Assembly: GCA_047630355.1 (NCBI GenBank)
Contig: JBLHXN010000005.1
Coordinates: forward strand, 5,269 to 69,268
From: Spirosomataceae bacterium
Lineage (GTDB): Bacteria > Bacteroidota > Bacteroidia > Cytophagales > Spirosomataceae
Reading direction: 5' to 3'
DNA: 64,000 nt
Part shown: piece after piece, positions 28,550 to 38,035 of the stretch
How the letters are laid out: each line of letters opens with the position of its first letter
Numbering within the stretch: the stretch's first letter is position 1
Notes under the pieces: model-generated
Seen by the model: the letters and a program-made list of their open reading frames with translations, nothing else
What the model was told of the DNA's origin: nothing
Database searches by the model: none
Made by a program: the position numbers and the translations under genes

Positions 28550-31500
28550 ATGAAAAAATCTTTTCTCGTTTTTTGGTTTAGCTGTTTCTGTGTAGCCAGC
28601 TACGCACAGTCTCGTGAGGTAAGCGGGGTAGTAAAAGACGCAGATAGCAATGTTGAATTGCCCGGTACGAGTATTTTACTCAAAGGGTCTACCTTAGGAA
28701 CCACTACTAACACCGACGGTAGATTTTCCATTAACGTACCCTCTGCAGATGCCATTTTGGTAGTATCATTTATTGGAATGCAATCGCAGGAAGTACCTGT
28801 GGGGAACCAAAGCTCAATTACGGTACTGCTCCAAGGTGATACAGAACTCTTAATGGAAGTAGCGGTTACTGCGTTGGGTTTTGAGCAAGATAAAGATGTA
28901 CAAGGAGCTACTTCGTCAAAAGTAGAAGGTGTAGCTTTGGTTCGTTCTGGTGAGACAGGCGTGATAAACGGGTTGGCAGGCAGAGCATCTGGTGTACAGA
29001 TTTCACGTTCATCTGGCGATCCAGGGGCAGGATCTTACATTCAGATTCGTGGCCAAAGTACTATTACTGGAGATAATCAGCCTTTGGTTATCATCGACGG
29101 AATTCCGATGAGTAATAGCAGTATCGGCGAAACGGCAGGAGGCGTACGTCAACAATCTCGTCTTAATGATCTTAACCCGAATGATATCGCTAATGTACAA
29201 ATACTTAAAGGTGCTGCCGCTGCTTCGCTGTGGGGGTCAAGGGCGGCAAATGGAGTTATGGTTATTACAACCAAAAAAGGCCGGAACAGTAATAAGCCTT
29301 CGATTTCGTTTAGCTCATCTGTTTCGTTTGATGAGGTGAACGTGCTTCATCCCTTGCAAACTGCGTTCGGTCAGGGTTCTAACGGTGTGTATAGTCCTAC
29401 AACTTCAACCTCTTGGGGGGATAAAATTGCCAATAGGTCTGGCGGAGCAGACGTGTTTAACACAGCTGGGCAATACTGGGAGTCGGGAGACGGCACGCAG
29501 TACTATCCAATCCTCCAGAAGAATTCGCAAGAAATTTTTAATGACCAGCGAGTTGATCAAGTATTCAGAACTGGTTTCTTCGCAGATAATAATTTGAGCC
29601 TGAGTGGCGGAAGCGATGATGGTACATATTACCTGAGTATCGGAAACTTGAATCAAAAGGGCATTATTCGTGGTCAAAGTGATTACAGTCGAAGTACCTT
29701 TAGGCTAAACGCCGATCGAAAGTTTGGTAAGATGCTATCGGTTTCCACGAAAAGTTCATACATTAAATCCAGCTCGAATCGTATCCAAACCGGCTCTAAC
29801 GTTAATGGCTTGTATTTGGGAATGTTACGTACCCCACCTGATTTTGACGACAGCGACTACAAAGGGTTTTATTACGCTTCCCCAAGTGCTGCCCCTATTC
29901 CACGGCAACGTTCGTACCGCCGCTACCTCGGAAACAACAACCCGATCTACAATTCTCCATTATGGACGATAAACGAATTGGAAAACCCGACTTTAGTTGA
30001 TCGATTCATGACTGCTTCTGAGATTAATTTCAAACCCTTGCAATGGGTAGAAATTAAGGCACGTGGTGGAGTAGATTCGTACACTGATAAACGAGAAACG
30101 TATTTTCCGGTGGGATCCGCTGGAACTGCCTATAACGGAAGCTATGAAGAAGAAATAATTAAAGAAACTGAACTAAACTTTGATGTGATTGCCCGCGTGG
30201 TGAAAGATATTAGCCCTAATATTTCAGGAACTTATATTGTAGGGTGGAATATTAACAATCGTGACTACCTGAATTTGGGATATTCAATGTTAAACTTCCT
30301 TATTCCAAACGGCCCTAAAGATGCAAGTAATGCCACGGCAACTAACCGGACACCATTTGATACCGAACAGACAATCCGTACTACTCGTCTCTACGCAACA
30401 ACTAATTTAGGTCTCTATAACCAAGTATATCTAAATGTAGGTATTGCGGGAGAGTCAGGTTCGCCCTTTGGGGAACAAACGGATAGAACATTTTATTATC
30501 CCTCGGCTGACGTTGCATGGCAGTTTTCTGAGTTAGGGGCACTTAAAAATCAAACGTTCCTAAGCTTTGGTAAATTACGGGGTGGTTATGGTATCGTTGG
30601 GGTGCAGCCACAGCCTTACCGTACATCTACTGACTTCGTTCCGGCATCATTCACCGGAGGTTGGGGAGGTACAGCAAGCGGCGTGGCTTACGGAAATGGT
30701 GCTTTCGTACAGTCATCACAGCAGGGAGATCCGTTGCTTAGACCGGAGCGTAAAACTGAATGGGAAATTGGTACAGATCTACGATTCCTATCCAATAGGC
30801 TTTCACTTAGTTACACATATTACCAAAATACTATCAGGGATCTTTTACTTGAAGTCGCCGCTTCTCCTTCGACGGGCTTTACGAGTCGTTATACCAACGC
30901 CGGAACGATGTCTAATAAAGGGTGGGAAGGCGATATAGCCGCTGATATCTACCAAAAAGGCTCGTTCAATGTTCAATTGGTCGGAAATATTAGCCGGAAC
31001 ATAAATCGGGTAGAAGATTTAGCCGGGACAGATCAAATTGTGTTGGGAGGCTTTAGTACTCTGACAAGTTCGGTCGCAAAAGTAGGTTATTCGCTCTCTT
31101 CACTTTATGGAGGTACTTACCTCAGAAACGAAGACGGCGGACTGGCTCTTAATAGTAACAACTTCCCGCAGTTAGCCCCTACGTACGATGTTATTGGTGA
31201 TCCGAACCCAAGTTATCGAGCGGGTTTTGGCACAAATATTATGTACAAAAAATTCACCTTGAATGTATTATTTGAGACTTTTCAAGGATCTGAATTTGCT
31301 CCGAATACAAGAGCAGTATTGTATAACTTCGGAACCCACGCTGATGTTGGTAATGAAGTAACGGTACCTGCGGGTGGTTTGGTAAATTACCGAGGACAAA
31401 CCATTGAGGGTGGTAGCGTTGTACGTGGAAATATCACAGATTTTGGCGGAGGTCCGGTATTGCTTGACCAGTCATGGTACACGACACTGGGGCAGGGATT

Positions 31501-31777
31501 CAGTGCCTTACAAGAGCAGTTCATTGTTGACGGTAGCTGGACTCGCCTTCGGGAGGCTACGCTTGCTTACAGTATGACGGATGGTTGGATTAAGGAAAAA
31601 TTAAAACTGAATTCAGTCAACCTTTCAGTAACAGGTCGGAATCTATTCCTTTGGACAAAAGTCGTTGGGATTGATCCTGAAACCTCACTCAATGGATCGG
31701 GTAATGGACGCGGACAAGATTACTTTAATAATCCTGGTTCACAGTCAGTTATCTTTTCCGTCAGAATAAACTATTAA
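28550..31777 (+). CDS. SusC/RagA family TonB-linked outer membrane protein
   Basis: 'VSGVVKDADSNVELPGTSILLKGS', plug 'ILKGAAAASLWGSRAANGVMVITTKKG', 1075 aa, ends '..VRINY'. Preceded by a 282-nt AT-rich spacer. Confidence 0.9.
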   Translation: MKKSFLVFWFSCFCVASYAQSREVSGVVKDADSNVELPGTSILLKGSTLGTTTNTDGRFSINVPSADAILVVSFIGMQSQEVPVGNQSSITVLLQGDTELLMEVAVTALGFEQDKDVQGATSSKVEGVALVRSGETGVINGLAGRASGVQISRSSGDPGAGSYIQIRGQSTITGDNQPLVIIDGIPMSNSSIGETAGGVRQQSRLNDLNPNDIANVQILKGAAAASLWGSRAANGVMVITTKKGRNSNKPSISFSSSVSFDEVNVLHPLQTAFGQGSNGVYSPTTSTSWGDKIANRSGGADVFNTAGQYWESGDGTQYYPILQKNSQEIFNDQRVDQVFRTGFFADNNLSLSGGSDDGTYYLSIGNLNQKGIIRGQSDYSRSTFRLNADRKFGKMLSVSTKSSYIKSSSNRIQTGSNVNGLYLGMLRTPPDFDDSDYKGFYYASPSAAPIPRQRSYRRYLGNNNPIYNSPLWTINELENPTLVDRFMTASEINFKPLQWVEIKARGGVDSYTDKRETYFPVGSAGTAYNGSYEEEIIKETELNFDVIARVVKDISPNISGTYIVGWNINNRDYLNLGYSMLNFLIPNGPKDASNATATNRTPFDTEQTIRTTRLYATTNLGLYNQVYLNVGIAGESGSPFGEQTDRTFYYPSADVAWQFSELGALKNQTFLSFGKLRGGYGIVGVQPQPYRTSTDFVPASFTGGWGGTASGVAYGNGAFVQSSQQGDPLLRPERKTEWEIGTDLRFLSNRLSLSYTYYQNTIRDLLLEVAASPSTGFTSRYTNAGTMSNKGWEGDIAADIYQKGSFNVQLVGNISRNINRVEDLAGTDQIVLGGFSTLTSSVAKVGYSLSSLYGGTYLRNEDGGLALNSNNFPQLAPTYDVIGDPNPSYRAGFGTNIMYKKFTLNVLFETFQGSEFAPNTRAVLYNFGTHADVGNEVTVPAGGLVNYRGQTIEGGSVVRGNITDFGGGPVLLDQSWYTTLGQGFSALQEQFIVDGSWTRLREATLAYSMTDGWIKEKLKLNSVNLSVTGRNLFLWTKVVGIDPETSLNGSGNGRGQDYFNNPGSQSVIFSVRINY

Positions 31778-31802
31778 TTTAACTTATTAAAGATATACGA
31801 CA

Positions 31803-33263
31803 ATGAGAAAAAGTATTTCAATTTTGGCTTTGGCCATTACACTTGTCTTTACAGGGTGTGAATCTATTGTAAGTGGTTTGAACGAAGACTTGAATAACCC
31901 AACAGATGCCCCCGCAGAACTTATGTTTACAGGTATTGAACTCGCCATGGCATCAGTTCATGAAGGATATAACTCGCTGTTATCCAGTGTGTTTTCTGGG
32001 CATTACGCTGGAAGAGACAGGCAGTGGGGCGATTTTCAGGTATATAACCTTGCCGGAGTATATTTTGACGGCATGTGGAGTAGTAGCTACTATGGTATTC
32101 ACCGAAACGCCCGATTGATTTTAGAAAAAATTGAACCGCAAGGGGTACGGGTTTTGGCTGGTATGACTAAGGTTATTATGGCTCATAACTTAGGAACGAT
32201 GACCGCTCTCTACGGCGATATTCCTTATACCGAAGCCTCGCAGTTAGAAACTTTCCCGAATGCGAAGTACGATTCTCAAGTGGCGGTGTATGCAGGCATG
32301 CAAACGCTTTTAGATGAAGCAATCGCTGATTTAGAATCGGGAGTAGGAATTCCGAGTGCGGGAACCGACATTCTGTTAGGTGGTGATCCCAAAAAATGGC
32401 TTGAAGTGGCATACACATTAAAAGCCCGCTTCTACACCGACACCAAAGAATACGCATTAGCTGCCACCGCGGCGGCCAAAGGTGTTAGTAGTCCTAACAA
32501 TTCGATGTACTTTCCACACGGAACCACACAAGATCAAAACCAAAACTTTATCTACAGTTTCTTGGCGGTAAGCCGTATTGGTGATGTGGCAGCAGAGTCG
32601 TCAAGCGGTACACCTGCACAATTGCTTAAGATGATTGACCCAGAGCTATCAAGTACTTATCGTGGGAACGAAAAAACGGATGAAACAGCTCGGTTTAATT
32701 TTTATTATCTTCGCCAGGGCGTGAATGTCCCTAACCGAGTAGAACCTAATACTGTAAAACGTGCAACGCAAGTTGGTTTTATGAGTATCGATGCTGCGTT
32801 TCCCTTGGTTACTTTTCAGGAAAACAAACTCACGCAGGCAGAAACCGCTCTCCGTGTTGGAAACTTTGATGAAAGTCTGGTTTATTTGAATGAATACCGT
32901 GCGTATCTTAATAATGGTGGGTACTTGCATCCAGTTACGGCTGCCAACTTCTCGTATAAATATTTAGCGTACAATGCCGCTGATTTTGAAAATGGTGGCA
33001 TGGAAAATGCTGACGGGATTTCTAAGGATGATGCTTTATTGCGTGAAATTTTGGAAGAACGATACGTTTCATTTTATTGCCAAACCGTTGGATGGAATGA
33101 CGAACGCCGTAACCGTGGTTCGATGGCGGGTGTAAAGCTTACGCCAAACGCTGGTACGCAATTACCGTGGCGGTTCATCTATTCGCAAAATGAGATCAAT
33201 GGAAACCCACTGGCTCCGAATCCCGTTCCTGGCGTTTTCACTATGATGCCTATTTACCAGTAA
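31803..33263 (+). CDS. SusD-like nutrient-binding outer membrane lipoprotein
   Basis: Lies 25 nt after SusC. Lipobox 'VFTGC'. 486 aa of helical, SusD-like composition. Confidence 0.75.
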   Translation: MRKSISILALAITLVFTGCESIVSGLNEDLNNPTDAPAELMFTGIELAMASVHEGYNSLLSSVFSGHYAGRDRQWGDFQVYNLAGVYFDGMWSSSYYGIHRNARLILEKIEPQGVRVLAGMTKVIMAHNLGTMTALYGDIPYTEASQLETFPNAKYDSQVAVYAGMQTLLDEAIADLESGVGIPSAGTDILLGGDPKKWLEVAYTLKARFYTDTKEYALAATAAAKGVSSPNNSMYFPHGTTQDQNQNFIYSFLAVSRIGDVAAESSSGTPAQLLKMIDPELSSTYRGNEKTDETARFNFYYLRQGVNVPNRVEPNTVKRATQVGFMSIDAAFPLVTFQENKLTQAETALRVGNFDESLVYLNEYRAYLNNGGYLHPVTAANFSYKYLAYNAADFENGGMENADGISKDDALLREILEERYVSFYCQTVGWNDERRNRGSMAGVKLTPNAGTQLPWRFIYSQNEINGNPLAPNPVPGVFTMMPIYQ

Positions 33264-33283
33264 ACACTAGTTACAAATCTATT

Positions 33284-36277
33284 ATGAGATACCTCCCCCT
33301 TTTAATCTGTTCACTACTTCTTACGCTTCAGGCTACTGCTCAGTCGTTGATTTCGAGACAATTAGTTGTCAAGGAAGGTACAAATATGGCGACGGCATTA
33401 TCTCCTGACGGGAAGCATATCGCCCTTGATTTACAAGGAACGATTTATCTAATTCCGGTAACTGGCGGTAAAGCACAACCTTTAACTGACGGTATGGGCG
33501 ATGACCGCCAGCCGCATTGGACACCCGACGGCAAAAGAATAGTGTTTCAATCTTATAGAGGGGGAGCGTATCATATTTGGAGTGTGGGTATTGACGGTAA
33601 AGACCTGAAAAAACATACAACAGGGCCGTACGATCATAGAGAGCCGTTTGTCTCACCCGACGGCAAAAGTATTGTCTGTTCGTCTGACCGAAACGGAAAC
33701 TATGACATCTGGAAATATTCAATTGGTAGCGGAGAAATGGTAGCCATTACAAGTGATGTTGATAACGACTATTGTCCGGCTTTTGCCTCTAACTCAAAAA
33801 CGATCACTTTTGCTTCAACTCGATCTGAGGGGGCAGGGATTTATCTTGTATCAGAATCAGGAACAGAGAAATTGGTCGCAGCAACCGGAACTGGAGTCCC
33901 GAATGCACCATCGTGGAGCGAGAATGACGAATTTATAACCTATCAGGTAGTAGATGGCAGCACAACTTCTTTAATGAAAGTTCACGTAAATTCTGGCAAG
34001 ATAGAAAGAATAAGCCAGCCTGACGACGACGTTTTTCCGTTTAGAAGCTCATGGATTTCGGCTGATGAAATGCTTTACAGCTCTGACGGGATCATCAAAA
34101 AAGTATCGTTTACTACCAAAGAGTTTTCTGAAATACCTTTTGAGGTAGAGCTCACGGTAAGTACACCAAAGTACGATCGAAAAACGTACGATTTTGACAG
34201 TGACGAGCGTAAACCCGTTAAAGGAATTCGCTGTCCGGTAGTATCGCCAGACGGAAAGCAAGTTGCTTTTGTAGCACTTGGAGATTTGTGGTTATTGACT
34301 ATCGGCAATCCAACGCCCGTTAAGTTGACTAATGATCCATTTTATGAAACCGACCCCACTTGGTCTCCAGACGGGAAGAAGCTGCTGTTCTCCTGTGATA
34401 AAACCGGAAATATGGATTTATACACCCTCGAGCTGGTAAGCAAACGAATAGTACAACTTACGAATACCGAAGAAGATGAAATTCAGGGATCCTGGCTTGG
34501 TACGGGTACTAAGGTAGCTTTTCAAAAACAGGGTTTGCGTAATACATTGGGGAAAGGTACTATGCTGCAAATTCTTGATTTGACTACGGGTGAAACTAAA
34601 CAAGTTTATAAACCATTATTCTTGCCGGGTCAACCAACTTGGTCTCCTAATGGAAAATACCTGATGATGTCGGCACTTGATGCCTACTCTTCTAAGTATC
34701 GGGAAGGGATTTCTAAATTTTTGACCATTAATACGGAAACAGGCGAATCGGTTTCAAATACGACACCCACACCGCATCAAACTTTGGCGATGCGGTATCG
34801 GAACGGGCCGATGTGGTCGCCAGATGGTACGAAACTCGTTTATGTCAAAGATGCCCTATTATGGGTGATTGACGTTGATGAGAACGGGCAATTTATCGGG
34901 CAACCACGGGCATTAACCAAGGAATTAGCCGAATCTCCGACTTGGACAGGCGACTCAAAATCCGTTGTTTATTTGGCGACAGATCACCTCCGTGTGGTAA
35001 ACGTTGTGGATTCGTCAAAAAAAGACATTCCGCTCACATTAAGTTGGACTAATGCACCGTCAATTGAAAAGGTTGTGATTCACGCTGGAAGGCTATTTGA
35101 CGGTATCACTAACAAAACAGATACTAACGTTGATATAGTTATAGAAGGCAATAGAATAAAGTCAATTACACCACATAAAAATACCTACTCCGCTGATTAC
35201 AAAATCATAGACGCATCCGACTTAACCGTGATGCCTGGTCTATTTGATACGCATTCTCACTTAGATTCGCAATTTGGTGAAAAAACCGGGCGGATTTGGC
35301 TTGCTTACGGTATTACTGGTGTCAGAGAACCTGGTTCGGATCCTTACGATGCCGTTGAACAGCGGGAGGCGTGGCACAGTGGCAAACGTCCCGGCCCGTT
35401 TCATTTTCTCACCGGAGCCTTGACAGATGGCGGTAGGATTTACTACAATATGGCAACTTCCATATCGTCAATCGATCAATTGGATTTAGAACTCAATCGG
35501 GCAAAAGTTTTGGGGTATGACCTGATCAAAACGTACGTTCGACTACCAGATGAGTGGCAGAAGATTATCACCGAGTTTGCTCATAAAAATGGAATGGCGG
35601 TTTCATCTCACGAAATTTTTCCAGCAGCTCGTTACGGCGTAGATGCCGTAGAGCATGTAGGAGCTACCAGTAGAAGGGGGTACTCTCCTAAGCTAACATT
35701 GACCGGGAAAAGCTACGAAGACATGATTCAAATCGTCAGCCAATCTAAAATGACCATTACGCCAACTTTAGCACTTTTTGGTGGGTTTTGGACACTTATT
35801 GCTAAGGATACCTCCATTTTTGACACCCCACAGTTCAGAAACATTTATCCGGCCTATTACCGAGAACAATTAATTAAAACGGCCGATCAAATGCGTATAA
35901 GCCCACCCAGTAGATTTAACAATTACAAAAATATTCAAAATACGGTAAAGGAGCTTTCCTTGAATGGAGCTAACATTACCAGCGGGACTGATTCCCCGAT
36001 TATGCCGTATGGCACGAGTTTACACGTGGAAATATGGAGCTATGTTGAGAGTGGGCTGACTCCGTTTGAAGCATTGCAAACCAGTACCATCAATGCCGCC
36101 AAATCGCTTAATGTTGCTAAGGATTTAGGTAGCATTGAAGTTGGAAAAATTGCTAATATTTCTATTGTCGAGGGAAATCCGCTTGACAATATTTACGATA
36201 CTCAACGTGTTAAGTACGTATTAGTTAACGGGAATGTGTACAGCATCGAAGAACTAATGACCCCACCGGGCAAATAA
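33284..36277 (+). CDS. Exported PD40/TolB-like beta-propeller fused to a metal-dependent amidohydrolase
   Basis: Signal peptide. At least seven 'SPDGK-x-I/V-x-F' type repeats ('LSPDGKHIAL', 'WTPDGKRIVF', 'VSPDGKSIVC', 'VSPDGKQVAF', 'WSPDGKKLLF', 'WSPNGKYLMM', 'WSPDGTKLVY'). C-terminal 'IHAGRLFDG..VIEGNRIKSI..DLTVMPGLFDTHSHL' (HxH). Confidence 0.8.
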   Translation: MRYLPLLICSLLLTLQATAQSLISRQLVVKEGTNMATALSPDGKHIALDLQGTIYLIPVTGGKAQPLTDGMGDDRQPHWTPDGKRIVFQSYRGGAYHIWSVGIDGKDLKKHTTGPYDHREPFVSPDGKSIVCSSDRNGNYDIWKYSIGSGEMVAITSDVDNDYCPAFASNSKTITFASTRSEGAGIYLVSESGTEKLVAATGTGVPNAPSWSENDEFITYQVVDGSTTSLMKVHVNSGKIERISQPDDDVFPFRSSWISADEMLYSSDGIIKKVSFTTKEFSEIPFEVELTVSTPKYDRKTYDFDSDERKPVKGIRCPVVSPDGKQVAFVALGDLWLLTIGNPTPVKLTNDPFYETDPTWSPDGKKLLFSCDKTGNMDLYTLELVSKRIVQLTNTEEDEIQGSWLGTGTKVAFQKQGLRNTLGKGTMLQILDLTTGETKQVYKPLFLPGQPTWSPNGKYLMMSALDAYSSKYREGISKFLTINTETGESVSNTTPTPHQTLAMRYRNGPMWSPDGTKLVYVKDALLWVIDVDENGQFIGQPRALTKELAESPTWTGDSKSVVYLATDHLRVVNVVDSSKKDIPLTLSWTNAPSIEKVVIHAGRLFDGITNKTDTNVDIVIEGNRIKSITPHKNTYSADYKIIDASDLTVMPGLFDTHSHLDSQFGEKTGRIWLAYGITGVREPGSDPYDAVEQREAWHSGKRPGPFHFLTGALTDGGRIYYNMATSISSIDQLDLELNRAKVLGYDLIKTYVRLPDEWQKIITEFAHKNGMAVSSHEIFPAARYGVDAVEHVGATSRRGYSPKLTLTGKSYEDMIQIVSQSKMTITPTLALFGGFWTLIAKDTSIFDTPQFRNIYPAYYREQLIKTADQMRISPPSRFNNYKNIQNTVKELSLNGANITSGTDSPIMPYGTSLHVEIWSYVESGLTPFEALQTSTINAAKSLNVAKDLGSIEVGKIANISIVEGNPLDNIYDTQRVKYVLVNGNVYSIEELMTPPGK

Positions 36278-36391
36278 ATGATTTTTACTCAGGTAACTTA
36301 TTCTGACTGTATCGTTTAGCTTAATTTCTTGAACCAAATTAATATTAAATAATTGACTCACAATGATTTAATATTAATTCTTAACCTGGTT

Positions 36392-36712
36392 TCAGTTATA
36401 GCCCAACCCATACCCAAACTTATACAATGGATTCGCGGAATCGTAGGGTACGTCTTCTAGTTGGTCTTCCACGGCTTTTACGGAGGAAGAAATTTCGATG
36501 GGAAATTTATCTGTCGGGTTGAACTTTCTGAAGATTAATTCCATCAGAATCTCGTCTTGATATTCAAAGTTGGCAATGAGTGCTGTACTAGCGGCATTGA
36601 TTTCCGGCACAACGGGCAGGAAGTAGTCGGAATGGTGATTGTAGGTTTTGAATTCGTACGCATTAAAATCTGTGCTTTTTTGTCTTGGGGAAAACCCAGT
36701 CTTTCTTGTGGG
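36392..36712 (-). pseudogene. Relic of a glycoside hydrolase family 3 gene (about 106 codons, no N-terminal or catalytic part)
   Basis: The open frame between TAG (36713-36715) and TGA (36392-36394) reads '..YFLPVVPEINAASTALIANFEYQDEILMELIFRKFNPTDKFPIEISSSVKAVEDQLEDVPYDSANPLYKFGYGLGYN'. This matches the GH3 C-terminal domain end ('FGxxNPxGKLP', 'PLxxFGxGLSY'). Confidence 0.6.
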
Positions 36713-36822
36713 CTAAGTAGCTAAGGTAATTCTCTCCCTTCGGGTGCGTAGGACCATGTTACAATTTTTTGAATGAAATATCTGCATCATCTAAGTTGTA
36801 ATGCCTTATATTCATGCTAACT

Positions 36823-36978
36823 TTAAGTACCGTTTTTAGAATGGTTATTTTTATTTCTCCGGCACTTTTCGCTGCAATATTTTACTTCGTCCCAGTTTTT
36901 CTCCCACTTCTTTCGCCAAGCGAAAGGTTTTCCGCAGACAATACAGGATTTTTCGGGTAGGTATGGTTTTTTGTGCAT
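36823..36978 (-). CDS. DUF2256-type small zinc-ribbon protein (51 aa, below the ORF-track cutoff)
   Basis: My own translation is '[51 protein letters not shown]'. It has a CxxC..C..C pattern and the '[15 protein letters not shown]' signature. Confidence 0.6.
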   Translation of the reverse strand: MHKKPYLPEKSCIVCGKPFAWRKKWEKNWDEVKYCSEKCRRNKNNHSKNGT

Positions 36979-37134
36979 TGTGAACAGTTAGCGATAACCA
37001 ATTAACAATTATCATTACAAAAGGTTGTAAAAAAAAACAGGATTTATCAATCTAATGATGCACTAATTTAGGAACGGAGAGCCAGGTCTGCGTTGAACGT
37101 AAATCTGAAACTTTGAACTTTAAACTATACAGAT

Positions 37135-37428
37135 TTGAATACACGAAAAATATACAAGAAACTCGACGATGAAGCCCGTAACCGCATCGTAGAAATGGCT
37201 TGGGAAGACCGAACGCCATTTGATGCCATTACGGATCAATTTGGATTAAAAGAACAAGAAGTTATTGAAGTTATGCGGCGAGAAATGAAACCTTCGTCTT
37301 TCCGAATGTGGCGGGAACGTGTGCAAGGAAGAGCAACTAAGCACCGCAATACTTCAGAAGTGGATGACGGGCGGCATAAATGTTCTCGTCAACGAGCAAT
37401 ATCTCACAACAAGGTTTCTAAGCGGTAA
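37135..37428 (+). CDS. TIGR03643 / DUF2805 family small protein
   Basis: 'MAWEDRTPFDAITDQFGLKEQEVIEVMRREMKPSSFRMWRERVQGR'. The TTG start at 37135 is uncertain (an internal ATG at 37192 is possible). Confidence 0.6.
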   Translation: MNTRKIYKKLDDEARNRIVEMAWEDRTPFDAITDQFGLKEQEVIEVMRREMKPSSFRMWRERVQGRATKHRNTSEVDDGRHKCSRQRAISHNKVSKR

Positions 37429-37547
37429 GATTATCTATTGTTTAAATGTATATGCGTTATTTTAACGCAGCAAAAGATACAAAGATTACGCTAAATATGT
37501 AACTTTGTGCCATAGATAATTTTGCACTTTAACAAATAGCTGAAATA

Positions 37548-38018
37548 ATGTCTAAATTAAAACTTGACAGGATTGATCATAATATTCTGGAAATTTTACA
37601 GAGCCGTGGAAAAATAACCAACGCTCAGTTGTCAAAAGAAGTAGGTCTTTCACCTGCCCCGACACTCGAACGAGTAAAAAAGTTAGAGACCTCCGGAATT
37701 ATTGAGAGTTACCACGCTCAGCTCAACCGCCGCAAGATTGGTTTGGGAGTTATGACGTTTGTTCAGGTTACACTTTCGGGTCACCGTAAAGCAATAACTG
37801 ATCAGTTTATTGATACCGTAAACTCCGTCCCGGAAATAGTAGAATGCCACCACGTCACTGGTTCGTGTGACTTTTTGCTGAAAGTTATTGCTGAAGATAT
37901 GGATGCTTACCAGCGTCTGATTACTGACACGGTTAACGAAATTGAAGTAGTAGCAAGCACGCAGACAATGGTGATTTTGTCCACGATAAAGAATAGCAAG
38001 GTACTTCCCGTACCTTGA
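37548..38018 (+). CDS. Lrp/AsnC family transcriptional regulator
   Basis: 'LDRIDHNILEILQSRGKITNAQLSKEVGLSPAPTLERVKKLE' HTH plus a C-terminal RAM-like domain. 156 aa. Confidence 0.85.
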   Translation: MSKLKLDRIDHNILEILQSRGKITNAQLSKEVGLSPAPTLERVKKLETSGIIESYHAQLNRRKIGLGVMTFVQVTLSGHRKAITDQFIDTVNSVPEIVECHHVTGSCDFLLKVIAEDMDAYQRLITDTVNEIEVVASTQTMVILSTIKNSKVLPVP

Positions 38019-38035
38019 TGTTTTTCGTTAAAAGG

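Noticed and set aside
33369-34603. Several 60-117-aa minus-strand ORFs inside the PD40/amidohydrolase gene, and similar short ORFs inside both SusC genes.
   Set aside because: They are all nested antisense or out of frame within long, motif-supported genes, and none has a recognisable domain.
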